Assembly (NCBI GenBank): GCA_964354285.1
Contig: CAYGYR010000003.1
Coordinates: forward strand, 30,902-94,901
DNA from: an uncultured Methanosarcinales archaeon
GTDB lineage: Archaea; Nanobdellota; Nanobdellia; Woesearchaeales; ARS49
DNA length: 64,000 nt
Direction of reading: 5' to 3'
The notes under the pieces are model-generated. The model was not told where the DNA came from and searched no databases. It was given only the letters and a program-made list of their open reading frames with translations. This document shows positions 29,543 to 39,391 of the stretch, piece by piece. Position 1 is the first letter of the stretch. Each line of letters starts with the position of its first letter. Both the position numbers and the translations under genes were made by a program.

Positions 29543-30370
29543 TCAATTATTTCCACTCGTATCTTCTTCATATTCTTTCAGGCCGTCATCGATTATCTTT
29601 TTCAGGCGATTGCTCTCTCTTTTCTTGCCGCTGCAGGCATTATTTGCATCATCTATTTTGTCCTGATACAAGTAAGCGCCGCGGTCTGCACGGTCATCCA
29701 TTTTCTCTCCAAAATATTCTTTTGCCTTGCTGTCTCTTCTCATCTGGCCCAGCCTGATGAGCCGCAGCATCTGTTCAGAGAGGCCTGCATCGTAAAGCAC
29801 CACATCTATGCCTGAATCAGCAAGGGCCACAACTCCTCTTCCAGCAATATGTGGATTTGCGCGGTCCAGCATGCCAATGATGACAGATTTGATTCCTGCC
29901 TGCGCAATAATCTCGACACAAGGCGTGTCAGACATCCTGTGCCTGTGCTTTGCATTCCTGTGGATGCATGGCTCAAGGGTTACATAAAGCACAGCGTCTT
30001 GTGCTTTATCCCCTGCAATGTCAATTGCCTTTTCTTCTGCATGGCAGAGATGCAGTGTGCTTCTGCTGGTGCTGTTGACGTGTCTTGGTGTCCATGGCTC
30101 TCTTACCTTGTATGCTTCAGCTATTATTTTAGAGTCTTTGACAATGACTGCCCCAACATATGGCCCGCTGTCGTCAGGTTGTGATTCCTTAGCCAGCTCG
30201 ACAGCCCTGGCCATGTACTTATAGTGCAGAAGCTTATCCTCACTGTGTGTAAGCAGTTTCATTGCTTCAGATAAGAAATCACGCCTGCCCAGAGGGTCGG
30301 CTAAAGCATTAATCAGATAGTCATCTTCAGATGCACCATTTCCTCCCAATTCAGCCTCGATATCTCCCAT
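29543..30370 (-). CDS. cytidine/deoxycytidylate-deaminase-fold protein (RibD-deaminase-like)
   Basis: HAE zinc motif (LCHAEEKAI) and TLEPC-x15-C. Confidence 0.65.
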   Translation of the reverse strand: MGDIEAELGGNGASEDDYLINALADPLGRRDFLSEAMKLLTHSEDKLLHYKYMARAVELAKESQPDDSGPYVGAVIVKDSKIIAEAYKVREPWTPRHVNSTSRSTLHLCHAEEKAIDIAGDKAQDAVLYVTLEPCIHRNAKHRHRMSDTPCVEIIAQAGIKSVIIGMLDRANPHIAGRGVVALADSGIDVVLYDAGLSEQMLRLIRLGQMRRDSKAKEYFGEKMDDRADRGAYLYQDKIDDANNACSGKKRESNRLKKIIDDGLKEYEEDTSGNN

Positions 30371-30424
30371 TTTTAAAGGATAACTCCCTGTTGTTTAAAA
30401 AAGTTAGGGCATATCTGGGAGTTC

Positions 30425-30796
30425 TCAATCTTCTAGGCATTTTCTGGCATTGCTGTACCAGCCATTAGAGTCTATATCCTCAATTGAGCGGTCTTGTTTG
30501 CTGCCGCTAGCCTCTGCGTACTGCAGCATTTGGCTAGCATATGTGACAAATCGGTCTAAAATCAAGTCTAAGTCAATTGCAGCTGAGCATTTGCGTGATT
30601 TAACGGCATTCATAGCTGCCTCTAGCAGGTCATTCGCTTTAAGGTCTGGCAGGTATTCATTCCATACTCTTTTTGCTTTTTCCGGGTCTCTGAATTTGCT
30701 GAAGTCTACTGTAGTCATGCCTGAAAAGGGAGGCTCAGGCGCATTTAAAGATGCTGTTTCTTGGGTATATACTTTTTTCTTTTCAATATGCAACAT
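30425..30796 (-). CDS. hypothetical protein
   Basis: 123 aa. Confidence 0.4.
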   Translation of the reverse strand: MLHIEKKKVYTQETASLNAPEPPFSGMTTVDFSKFRDPEKAKRVWNEYLPDLKANDLLEAAMNAVKSRKCSAAIDLDLILDRFVTYASQMLQYAEASGSKQDRSIEDIDSNGWYSNARKCLED

Positions 30797-30915
30797 AACT
30801 ACTCTTTAGTGGTTACAGACCGAAACATTTATATAGTAGTTAACCTTTTAAAGCTGTTGGAAGGGGTGGTTAGGAAGCTAGAAGACGTTAACTCAGTGAG
30901 TGGAGGCTATTTAAA

Positions 30916-31812
30916 ATGTTAGTTAAAGAAGTTTGTCCAGATTGCGGGTCTCAGGACTTTATTCTGAACCGCAAGAAAGGTGAAATTATTTGCAGAAACT
31001 GCAGTTTTGTCATAGATGAATCCCTAGTTGACTTTAGTGACGAGTCAAGGTCTTTTGAAGAGGACGGCGGGGAGAAGTCAGGAAGGACAGGCGCTCCATT
31101 TGACCCAAGAATTGCAGATAACCTGACCACAAGCATAGGCAATCATTCTGATCTTGCAAGGCTTAACACAAAGACAAAAGCAATGATCAGCAGGATAAGG
31201 AAGAAGAATGCCTGGACAAGCTCAAGCTATGAGCAGAACCTAAAGACTGCTCTCACAAACCTTAAGCTAGTTTCAGGGCAGCTGAACCTGCCTTCAATGG
31301 TCGAGAAAGAGGCTGCTGAACTGTATAGGAAATCAGCTGAGAAAAACTTGACACTGAAGAGAAGCATTGAGAACATAGTTGTTGGCGCTCTTTATATTGC
31401 GTGCAGGCTGCATGATGTTGTCAGGTCACTGAAGGAATTTGCAGAGACCACAGGCACAGATGTCAAGATAATTGCAAAGACCTACAAGATGATTCTGAGG
31501 GAGCTTGACATAAGAATAACTCCTGTAAACCCTATTGACTACACAGCAAGGTTTGCAAGCGATCTCAAGCTAAGCCAGAAAGTCCAGACAAAGGCAGTCA
31601 AGCTTGCAGGAGATCTCAATAAGAAAGGGCTTACATCTGGTCTTAGCCCAGTCAGCGTTGCTGCATCTACACTCTATATAGCTGGACTCTTGCTGAAAGA
31701 GAAGAGAACCCAGAGAGAAGTTGCAGAAGTCTCAGGCATAACAGAGACAACCCTGAGAAACAGATGCAAAGACATGCTGAAACAGCTGAAGATAAAAGCA
31801 AAGGTTCGATAA
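30916..31812 (+). CDS. tfb: transcription initiation factor IIB (TFB)
   Basis: N-terminal Zn ribbon CPDCGS...CRNCS and two cyclin-fold repeats. A GGAGG RBS is present. A roughly 30 aa acidic/Gly insertion follows the ribbon. Confidence 0.9.
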   Translation: MLVKEVCPDCGSQDFILNRKKGEIICRNCSFVIDESLVDFSDESRSFEEDGGEKSGRTGAPFDPRIADNLTTSIGNHSDLARLNTKTKAMISRIRKKNAWTSSSYEQNLKTALTNLKLVSGQLNLPSMVEKEAAELYRKSAEKNLTLKRSIENIVVGALYIACRLHDVVRSLKEFAETTGTDVKIIAKTYKMILRELDIRITPVNPIDYTARFASDLKLSQKVQTKAVKLAGDLNKKGLTSGLSPVSVAASTLYIAGLLLKEKRTQREVAEVSGITETTLRNRCKDMLKQLKIKAKVR

Positions 31813-31843
31813 TTGAATCTTTTTATTTTTTGATTTTAATTTC

Positions 31844-34800
31844 TTAATATCTTCTTTTCCCAAAGAATTTTCTTTTATGATGACCGCTGCTGCTATAATA
31901 CTTTTTATGGCCTCCGCTGCCGTAAGAATCATCGATTTTATTGTCTTTGCGGTATTGCTCTCTTTCCTTTTCAGCCATCACGTTTAGTTGATATTGTATT
32001 GAGTAAAAATTAGTCAGTTTGTCATTCACTTTCTGCTCTATCTCTGAGATTGCTGTTATGAAGTTCTCCCTGTCAGATTCTTCAAATCTCTTTTCCTTTG
32101 TATCTTCTTTGAATCTTTCTATCATTTCATCTGGCAGTTTGTATTGTGCAATCTCTCCCCGGACTGCCTTTTCAAGCGCATTATCTTTTCCTTGCAAGAC
32201 TCTTTGCAGGTTGTATTTGAGGTATTCGGGCTTGAAGCTGCCCCATGTTTCAGAGTCATATGCTTTTAAGACTCTCTCCCCGGCTTTCTTCTGCATTCCA
32301 AGGCCCTGCCCTATTTTTCTTATGGCAGGATCGCGCTGCAGTTCAGGGAATATCTGGTCAAGATAAAACTTATCAATCTCTTTTTTCCAGCTTGCCTCCT
32401 CTTTTATCTGGCTTGCTAGCTCCTGCCTTATCAAAAATGATATTTCCTGGCTTTTTTCCTGCTTTATTTTCGGAATTGCTGAATTTTTCTCATCAAAAGA
32501 TAGGACAAAATCAATATCCTCATTTTTAAGGCTGTTTGCATAATGCAGGTCTCCAAAGAATCTTGCATCATTCGAATACTCTGGATACTTGCGGAGGATG
32601 AATTCTTTTACTTGGGGCAGTTTGCTGAAAAACCTCTCAAGCTCAGTATACTCCATGCTTCGAGTGGCTGAGCTGTTGCGCAATTTGTCCTTGGCCCGGT
32701 CTTGCCTTATTTCATCTTCAAGCCCAACATATGCCTCATTTATTCCATTTATGCTTTCAGAAGTGGCAAAGTATTCTTGATTAGGTGAAATCCTGATTGG
32801 ATTCAAATAATTGTTATATCGCTTATTCAATATTGCCCGGAGCTTCTCGACAGTCTCTTTGGGCATAGGCACTGATTTGTCTTTTTCAGCAAGAATGTTA
32901 GCTGCCTCTTCTGCCTTGTAATATTTAGTTCCATCTGTTTCTCTCTTGATGCCTGTGCTGGTTTTTTGTGTTATAGTCTTTCTTTCCTTGTCATAGATGA
33001 TTATTTCCAGATTGTTTAATTCCCCCATTCTTTTGCTTACTTTTTCCCAGGAATCAGGCACTTTAACATAACTGACAGCACTGTATACTGCATTGATTTG
33101 CTTTTCGAGCTCAGTATCAATGTATTTTGATTCAAATAATGATTCTGTAAAGCCGAGTTCTGATACGACTCCTTTCTTGTGCATGTCTTGTATGTATTTT
33201 ACTCTATCTTGGGTTTTTTCGTTCTGCTCATGCACACCATGCTTTTGCAGCATTTTGTAATAATATGCTGCCCTGCTTTTTTCCTGGCCTGTCTTGGCAA
33301 TCACTTCTTTTGGAACAATGCCAAACTCGTATGCACTTAGGATTTTTTGCCTGAATTTTTGGTATTCTTTATGCTCCACAAAGCCAGTATTCTCCAGAAG
33401 CTCAAAGAACTTATCAGCACCAACCCCTTCGATTTTAGTCAGGCCGGAGAAGTGTGTACTAAATCCCTCTGCCAGGAAATATTCTTGTTTCAACACTTTA
33501 AAATCAGCTTCGCCTGCATTTTCATCCTTTAATTTCCTTGCCTGCCTAAGCTTTCTTCCTATCGTGATTATCTCTGGGGCAACGTGGTTGAAGTATGCAA
33601 TATGATGGTTTCTCAGGTAATTTTCTCTTTGGGTACTCTGCCCTATCCTGCTTCGTTTCAGGAAAGATTTCACAGCAGAATATTCATCTTTTGTAAAGAC
33701 CTGCTCTCTTACAATCTCTCCCCATTTTTTATAGTCTTCATGAAGCTCTTCTTTTGCTTTCTCAAACCAAGGCTCGATTTCTTTTATTATGTAATCCCAT
33801 GTTCTTCCAACGCCATACCTGTCGCAGGTCTCCCTGTTTATTGCTATTCTTCTTTCAATGATGTCTTTGAAATGGTTATGCACCCCCATTGCCTCGATTC
33901 TTGTGACAAATTCCTGCTCAAGGACATCTCTTATTGTTTTCTCTGGCAGGTTTTTCCTGTTTCTGTATTTTGTCTGCGGCAGCGTGAAGTGCTTATCAAT
34001 ATTTACTTTGCCGTATTGTTTGATGTGCGGGTGATTGTCATCAAGTTTTGACAGGTAAACTAGGTCTTGTTTGACTCCTGCAAGCAGGAGGTCTGTTTTT
34101 CTCTGCCTGAATTCATGGGAATAGACCATTATTTCTGCAAGGTCATCATCTGTGAGAAGGTGCGTTGCTTTGTTAAGCTTGTACCATATCTGTAAAAGGT
34201 CCTCAACGTATTCTTCGCGGATATTTTCGCTGATTGCACGCTCTTCCAGCCCCTTGAACCAGTTAAAGGTATTTGTGCTGTTTCTTTGGTCAATATCAAA
34301 CTTGACGCCAGATTCATCTCCTTCTGCCAGTTCATGGATATGCTCTAATCCGAGAACTGTTTTCAGGGTATCTGCATCTAGGCCTAAGGCTTCAAGCTTT
34401 TTTTGAAGCTCAGGCGAAAGACCTGCAATGATTTCCTGGAGCTTTTCCTCTTTTGTTTTTTTAGCGGTATCTCTGTACTGTTTTAGATTGTTAGGGATGT
34501 TAAGCTCTTCAAAAAGTGTTGGCAGGCTGCTGTAGCAATCCATGCCGATTGCTGCGCTGTCTCTTGCAGTGATTTTTTTCTCAGCTTTTATTTTGCCGTA
34601 TATCCTGTTTTTTGCCTCGTTTCCGCCTTTGACATTCAGCAGGACTGCTTCTGCAGAAAATGGCTGCCCGCATACACAGTTTCCTTCTACATCTTTAACA
34701 TAAAAGTCATCTGATTTTTCCAGTTTTTTTGGCAAATCATCAAGACGAGACACTTGGTATTCTAGAACAAGCCCTCTTAGCAGGGAAAGCCTGGAGGTGT

Positions 34801-34924
34801 TTTTGCCTTCTACCCAGCTTAAAATTACCTCTTCTGTTTGTTTTCCAAAACTTACTCTTCTATCTGTCTTTTGGAAAAAGAATTCTATAAGTTCACTTAG
34901 TTTTGTTGTTTTTCTCCTCGCCAT
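31844..34924 (-). CDS. Large hypothetical protein (about 1026 aa) with no recognisable catalytic motifs
   Basis: Long uninterrupted ORF convergent with tfb. It is rich in charged residues, with no P-loop and no Cys cluster. I chose the second Met (MARRK) as the start. Confidence 0.6.
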   Translation of the reverse strand: MARRKTTKLSELIEFFFQKTDRRVSFGKQTEEVILSWVEGKNTSRLSLLRGLVLEYQVSRLDDLPKKLEKSDDFYVKDVEGNCVCGQPFSAEAVLLNVKGGNEAKNRIYGKIKAEKKITARDSAAIGMDCYSSLPTLFEELNIPNNLKQYRDTAKKTKEEKLQEIIAGLSPELQKKLEALGLDADTLKTVLGLEHIHELAEGDESGVKFDIDQRNSTNTFNWFKGLEERAISENIREEYVEDLLQIWYKLNKATHLLTDDDLAEIMVYSHEFRQRKTDLLLAGVKQDLVYLSKLDDNHPHIKQYGKVNIDKHFTLPQTKYRNRKNLPEKTIRDVLEQEFVTRIEAMGVHNHFKDIIERRIAINRETCDRYGVGRTWDYIIKEIEPWFEKAKEELHEDYKKWGEIVREQVFTKDEYSAVKSFLKRSRIGQSTQRENYLRNHHIAYFNHVAPEIITIGRKLRQARKLKDENAGEADFKVLKQEYFLAEGFSTHFSGLTKIEGVGADKFFELLENTGFVEHKEYQKFRQKILSAYEFGIVPKEVIAKTGQEKSRAAYYYKMLQKHGVHEQNEKTQDRVKYIQDMHKKGVVSELGFTESLFESKYIDTELEKQINAVYSAVSYVKVPDSWEKVSKRMGELNNLEIIIYDKERKTITQKTSTGIKRETDGTKYYKAEEAANILAEKDKSVPMPKETVEKLRAILNKRYNNYLNPIRISPNQEYFATSESINGINEAYVGLEDEIRQDRAKDKLRNSSATRSMEYTELERFFSKLPQVKEFILRKYPEYSNDARFFGDLHYANSLKNEDIDFVLSFDEKNSAIPKIKQEKSQEISFLIRQELASQIKEEASWKKEIDKFYLDQIFPELQRDPAIRKIGQGLGMQKKAGERVLKAYDSETWGSFKPEYLKYNLQRVLQGKDNALEKAVRGEIAQYKLPDEMIERFKEDTKEKRFEESDRENFITAISEIEQKVNDKLTNFYSIQYQLNVMAEKEREQYRKDNKIDDSYGSGGHKKYYSSSGHHKRKFFGKRRY

Positions 34925-35028
34925 ACCGTATATCTGGAAATAGCAGCCCATTTATAAAACTTAGTATGTTCCACTACAACAACAAAGCACCACAAAGCTT
35001 ATATACGAAGGTCACTCAGATTCTCATC

Positions 35029-35364
35029 ATGGCTAATGAAGAATATCCAGAAGAAGCGCCAGAGCTTCAGAAGGAATTTGACTTGATAGAGCTGGGCGAA
35101 AAGGAAGAAGAGATAGAAGAAGATCTTGAAAAAGTTAAAGAGATGTTTGATGAGGAAGTGAGCACGCCAGAGCTCGCAGCAAAAAAGGAAGAGCCAGAGG
35201 AAGAAGAGGGCGGGGAGTTTGACGAGGAGTTCAAGGAGATATCTGGCGAAGAAAAGGAAAAAGAGAAGCCCCACAAGCATCACGAAGAAGAGAATAAAGA
35301 CGAAGAAGATAGTGATGAAGAAGATCCAGAAAAAGAAGAGCATCCAGAAGACGAAGAAGAATAA
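35029..35364 (+). CDS. highly acidic low-complexity protein
   Basis: MANEEYPEE...EEEGGEFDEEFKE...DEEDSDEEDPEKEEHPEDEEE. Confidence 0.5.
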   Translation: MANEEYPEEAPELQKEFDLIELGEKEEEIEEDLEKVKEMFDEEVSTPELAAKKEEPEEEEGGEFDEEFKEISGEEKEKEKPHKHHEEENKDEEDSDEEDPEKEEHPEDEEE

Positions 35365-35368
35365 ATAA

Positions 35369-36172
35369 TTATTTTCTAATGTAGCATCTCAAAAAGCAAG
35401 GTATAACTTTAGTATCTGTTATTGCATCAAAATCAGTGACTTCATCTGGCTCAATTGGGATAACAACCCTTGACACCATTGCATTCAGGCTGTAAGGCAG
35501 CCTTATCAGTTTTTTCTTTGTTGTCACCCAGGGGTCTATGCCGTACATTTTGAAATTTCTTGCCAGGTTTTCCCGCTCAGATTGCGCCATCTTGAACGCG
35601 CTGCCGTCAAGGACATGGACGTGGCATCCTCTTCCTGAGTAGACCAGCCGAACATCTTTATAGCCAAGGTTCCTGGTTAAATAATGGTAAAGGTAAACCC
35701 CTCTGTTCAGTGATATTTTAAGGCAGTACTTGCAGAATTTTGGGTAACTTTTTTTGCCGCATACGGGGCAGTCAATGTTTTCTGGGTCTATGTCAAAAAC
35801 AAGCTCTTTCCCCAGGAAATTCTTGCAGTTCTGGCAGTCTTTTTCTTTGCAGGCAGCACAAAGTGATGGGTTCCTGTATCTTGCAGTGTCATAATAAACA
35901 TCCTCTGGTAGGTATTTGATCATTCTCTGTCTTAGTTCTGCTGGAGAAAGCCCTTGTAGCATGATTATCTTCATGTTTTTGCTTTGGTCTGTTGTCATGC
36001 CTGTCTCTGAGCCAAGGTCTATTCCGAAGAATTGCGGCTCTCGCACAAACCAATTTTTTAGCTTAAGAATATCAAAATCTTCTGTGTAAAAATGCTCCCT
36101 GTCTTCAAGTGTTGATGGTTTGAAAGGAAACTCCATGTTAGCCTCAGTAATCAATTCCTTTTTTGCCTTCAA
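35369..36172 (-). CDS. priS: DNA primase small (catalytic) subunit PriS
   Basis: AEP motifs FDIDP and SGRGCHVHV are present. A Zn knuckle CPVCGKK...CKYC is also present. Confidence 0.8.
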   Translation of the reverse strand: MKAKKELITEANMEFPFKPSTLEDREHFYTEDFDILKLKNWFVREPQFFGIDLGSETGMTTDQSKNMKIIMLQGLSPAELRQRMIKYLPEDVYYDTARYRNPSLCAACKEKDCQNCKNFLGKELVFDIDPENIDCPVCGKKSYPKFCKYCLKISLNRGVYLYHYLTRNLGYKDVRLVYSGRGCHVHVLDGSAFKMAQSERENLARNFKMYGIDPWVTTKKKLIRLPYSLNAMVSRVVIPIEPDEVTDFDAITDTKVIPCFLRCYIRK

Positions 36173-36665
36173 GGCTTTTAGGGCCTTTGAGCATGTTTAT
36201 CTCGTTCACATAGTCTGCTCTTTTTATCAGTCCTGTTGGCGCATTCCTTCCTGTCAGGTATACTGTTGTCTGCTGAGGAATTTCATCTAAGAATTTCAAA
36301 ACTTCGTTGATGTCAAGCAGGCTTGTTGCGACTGCAAGGTTTATCTCGTCAAGAATGAGCATGAATGGCTTTTTCTTTGCTGCTTTTTTTGCGTACTCAA
36401 GCCCTTTTTTTGCAAGTTCCCTGTCTTCTGGGGTTGGTTTTTTGAGGTCAATCCAGTTTTCCCTGCCAAACTGGTTTATTTCGTATAGTCTTCCTAGTTT
36501 TTTTCTTATCTTGTACTCTCCTACTTTGTCTCCCCAGCCTTTCATAAACTGGATAACAACAACTTTGTATCCGTGGCCCATTGCTCTCATGGCTGCGCCG
36601 AGTGCAGATGTTGTTTTTCCCCAGCCATGCCCTGTCCACAAGTAGATTGTTGCTTTTCCTTCCAT
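36144..36665 (-). CDS. cob(I)yrinic acid a,c-diamide / corrinoid adenosyltransferase (CobO/BtuR family)
   Basis: P-loop WTGHGWGKTTSALG and the family pattern. Confidence 0.8.
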   Translation of the reverse strand: MEGKATIYLWTGHGWGKTTSALGAAMRAMGHGYKVVVIQFMKGWGDKVGEYKIRKKLGRLYEINQFGRENWIDLKKPTPEDRELAKKGLEYAKKAAKKKPFMLILDEINLAVATSLLDINEVLKFLDEIPQQTTVYLTGRNAPTGLIKRADYVNEINMLKGPKSLEGKKGIDY

Positions 36666-36681
36666 AAAAAACCTCTTTTTT

Positions 36682-38742
36682 TTAGTATGGGCAGACGCCT
36701 GACTGGCAGCTTGTGTCAGGGGCGCTGCCTATGTACAAAACCTGTTCTTTCTTGCTTCCGTAGCGGTAAACAGTAATTCCTTTGCACTTGAGCTTGTATG
36801 CAAGCATGAATATGTTTGCGGCTTCTTTCTCTGTCGCGTTGTTTGGCACGTTCACTGTCTTGCTTACTGCGTTATCGACGAATTTCTGGAATGCTGCCTG
36901 CATCTTGACGTGCCATTCTGGCTTTATGTCCAGGGATGTCATGAAGATTCTTTTTGCTGTTTTCGGGACCTCTTTTATTTTCTGGACTCCGCCTTCCTGC
37001 GCTATTTTGAGCATCAATTGTTTGCTGTAGAATCCTTCTTTTTTGGCGCTTTCCTCAAATGCAGGGTCTACCATTAGCATTTTTGTTTTTTCAAGGATCT
37101 CGCGGATATAGGTTATTGCAAAGAATGGCTCTATTCCAGATGTCACGTTTGCTATTATGCTTAGTGTTCCTGTGGGAGCTATTGTTGTGACTGTTGCATT
37201 TCTCATGCTCTTGTATTTTCCATTCAAACTGCTCTGCTCGAAGTTAGGGAAGTTTCCTCTCTCCTTTCCGAGCTCTTCTGATTTTTTTCTTGCCTCGTCT
37301 TGTATGAATTTCATAAGTTTTTCTGCGAATGCAATTGCTTTGTCGCTGTCGTATGGGAGTTTTAGTTTTGCAAGGCAATCTGCAAATCCCATGACTCCTA
37401 GGCCTATTTTCCTGTTTGCTTTTGTCATTGCGTCTATCTCAGGGATGGGGTAGATGTTAGCATCAATTATGTTGTCAAGGAAGTGGACGGCTGTCCTGAT
37501 TGTTTTTTTGAGTTTGTTCCAGTCAATCCTTCCGCTTATAATCATTTTTGAAAGGTTTATTGAACCGAGGTTGCAGCTTTCGTAAGGCAGCAATGGGACT
37601 TCTCCGCAGGGGTTTGTGCTTTCAATGACTCCTGCTTTTGGTGTCGGGTTTTTCCTGTTTATTTCGTCGATAAAAATCATTCCAGGATCTCCTGATTCCC
37701 AGGCTGCTTTTGCGATGAGCTCAAAGATTATTTTTGCGCTGACTTTTTTCACTTTTTGTTTTGTTCGCGGATTTACAAGCCAGAATTCCTTGTTTTTTAT
37801 CACTGACTCCATGAATTCGTCTGTTGCTGAAACTGAGATGTTGAAGTTGCTGAGCATTCCCCCTGTTCTTTTTGCATTGACAAACTCCACGATGTCAGGA
37901 TGGCTGGCCTCAAGTATTCCCATATTGGCTCCTCTTCTTTTGCCTCCCTGTTTTATGACTTCTGTTGCCTTGTCAAATATTGTCATGAATGATATTGGGC
38001 CAGAGGCAACTCCTTTTGTGCTTCTTACAATGTCTCCTTTTGGCCTTATTTTTGAGAAGGAAAATCCAGTTCCGCCGCCGCTCTGGTGTATTATTGCCAT
38101 CTGCTCAAGCGTGTGGAATATGCTTTTCAAGGAATCTTCAATTGGAAGGACAAAGCATGCTGACAGCTGTCCCAACTGTGTTCCTGCGTTCATAAGTGTT
38201 GGTGAGTTTGGAAGGAATTCAAGGCTTGCAATCATTTTGTAGAATTCCTCTTCTGCTGTTGACGCGCTTTTTTTGTAAAGGGATTCTGTTTTTGCAGCTG
38301 CTTTTGCGGCTCTCCTGAACATTCTTGCAGGCGTCTCTATTATTTTTCCTTCTTCGCTTCGCAGGAGGTATCTTTTTGCAAGGACGTTTATTGCATTTTC
38401 AGAAAGGCCTATGTCATCTCGTACTCCGTGGACTGTCCTGAAGCCGAGTATTTCTTTGTGCTTTTTTTTGTAGGAAATGAAGGCGTCTGCTATTGGCTTT
38501 GTCTGCCTGGCCTTTAAGAGCAGTGCAAGTAGAATGTCCTCAACATCTTGTGTTGATGGGATAACGTCTTTTGGGAAGCTTTTTTCCAGAGTCTCAACAG
38601 CCTGCTTTGTTATTTTTTTTGCAATCCCGCTATCTTTCAGTTTCGCATCGTTAATTGCTTTATCGATGGCTGTGGTTATTTTTTCTGCATTAAAATCAGC
38701 TAAAGATCCGTCGCGTTTTCTTATTTTTGTTATTTCTGGCAT
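36682..38742 (-). CDS. nrdJ: class II (adenosylcobalamin-dependent) ribonucleotide reductase
   Basis: 686 aa with an N-terminal ATP-cone. Active-site region NPCGEVPLLPYESCNLGSINL and RNR-wide homology. Confidence 0.9.
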   Translation of the reverse strand: MPEITKIRKRDGSLADFNAEKITTAIDKAINDAKLKDSGIAKKITKQAVETLEKSFPKDVIPSTQDVEDILLALLLKARQTKPIADAFISYKKKHKEILGFRTVHGVRDDIGLSENAINVLAKRYLLRSEEGKIIETPARMFRRAAKAAAKTESLYKKSASTAEEEFYKMIASLEFLPNSPTLMNAGTQLGQLSACFVLPIEDSLKSIFHTLEQMAIIHQSGGGTGFSFSKIRPKGDIVRSTKGVASGPISFMTIFDKATEVIKQGGKRRGANMGILEASHPDIVEFVNAKRTGGMLSNFNISVSATDEFMESVIKNKEFWLVNPRTKQKVKKVSAKIIFELIAKAAWESGDPGMIFIDEINRKNPTPKAGVIESTNPCGEVPLLPYESCNLGSINLSKMIISGRIDWNKLKKTIRTAVHFLDNIIDANIYPIPEIDAMTKANRKIGLGVMGFADCLAKLKLPYDSDKAIAFAEKLMKFIQDEARKKSEELGKERGNFPNFEQSSLNGKYKSMRNATVTTIAPTGTLSIIANVTSGIEPFFAITYIREILEKTKMLMVDPAFEESAKKEGFYSKQLMLKIAQEGGVQKIKEVPKTAKRIFMTSLDIKPEWHVKMQAAFQKFVDNAVSKTVNVPNNATEKEAANIFMLAYKLKCKGITVYRYGSKKEQVLYIGSAPDTSCQSGVCPY

Positions 38743-38878
38743 ATTAAGAGTAAACCCTCTTTTTTAAGCTTAAATAATGCTATTTATATAAACTTTTCTG
38801 AGAAAAAGATTATTTTCCATATTAAAAATATATAAACCAAAATATATATTTAAAAAGAAAATAATAAAAGTTATGGTT

Positions 38879-38932
38879 TTACTTCTTTTTTGGCTTTTTC
38901 TTATTAGCCATGCATCCGCATGTCGCGCACAT
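38879..38932 (-). CDS. Possible 17 aa Cys-rich micro-ORF (MCATCGCMANKKKPKKK)
   Basis: ATG 8 nt downstream of a perfect GGAGG. It lies between the ferredoxin and nrdJ genes and is too short for the ORF track. Confidence 0.25.
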   Translation of the reverse strand: MCATCGCMANKKKPKKK

Positions 38933-39050
38933 TTTGTTTGCCTCCTTATTTTTTGCCTTGCTTTAGTTAGCGACATAAGTAATTCATTATACAGGTCGCT
39001 TACTAAAGTTTGCCAGGCATAACATTTTTATGAGTTATTTATGTCTGGCA

Positions 39051-39302
39051 TTACTTTTTTGCAGGTGCAGCTTCTTTCACATGTATGCACTGCACAGGGC
39101 ATCCCTCTACCGCATCCTTGTTGCATCCTGCATCTTTAACTTCAAGCTCTCCTAGCTTTCCGTCTGGGGTGTCTTTGTATTTTGCCCCTTTCAAGTCTGA
39201 TTTGCCGTCATCAGCCATCTCCCAATATTGAGAGCAGATAGCAGCGCACGCGCCGCAGCCAATGCATTTCCATCTTTCATGAACGATTTTGGTCATATTC
39301 AT
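39051..39302 (-). CDS. 4Fe-4S ferredoxin
   Basis: CIGCGACAAIC and CNKDAVEGCPVQC cluster motifs. Confidence 0.85.
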   Translation of the reverse strand: MNMTKIVHERWKCIGCGACAAICSQYWEMADDGKSDLKGAKYKDTPDGKLGELEVKDAGCNKDAVEGCPVQCIHVKEAAPAKK

Positions 39303-39391
39303 CCCCTCCTGTAAGCGTATTTTCTATCGCCTTTTTAAATTTTTTTAATTAGAATAGAAAATAAGAATAAAAAAAATAAAAGAAAACTGTT

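Noticed and set aside
31844-34951. Possible Cas13-like HEPN motifs (RNHHIAYFNH, RFFGDLH) in the 1035 aa protein
   Set aside because: The spacing does not fit the R-x4-6-H HEPN consensus. There is no second clean motif, and there is no CRISPR array in the window. This is insufficient to call an HEPN RNase.
34903-35028. N-terminal 42 codons of ORF 34903..35364
   Set aside because: They are hydrophobic and odd in composition, and they overlap the end of the convergent 1035 aa gene. The internal Met at 35029 begins the coherent acidic protein.
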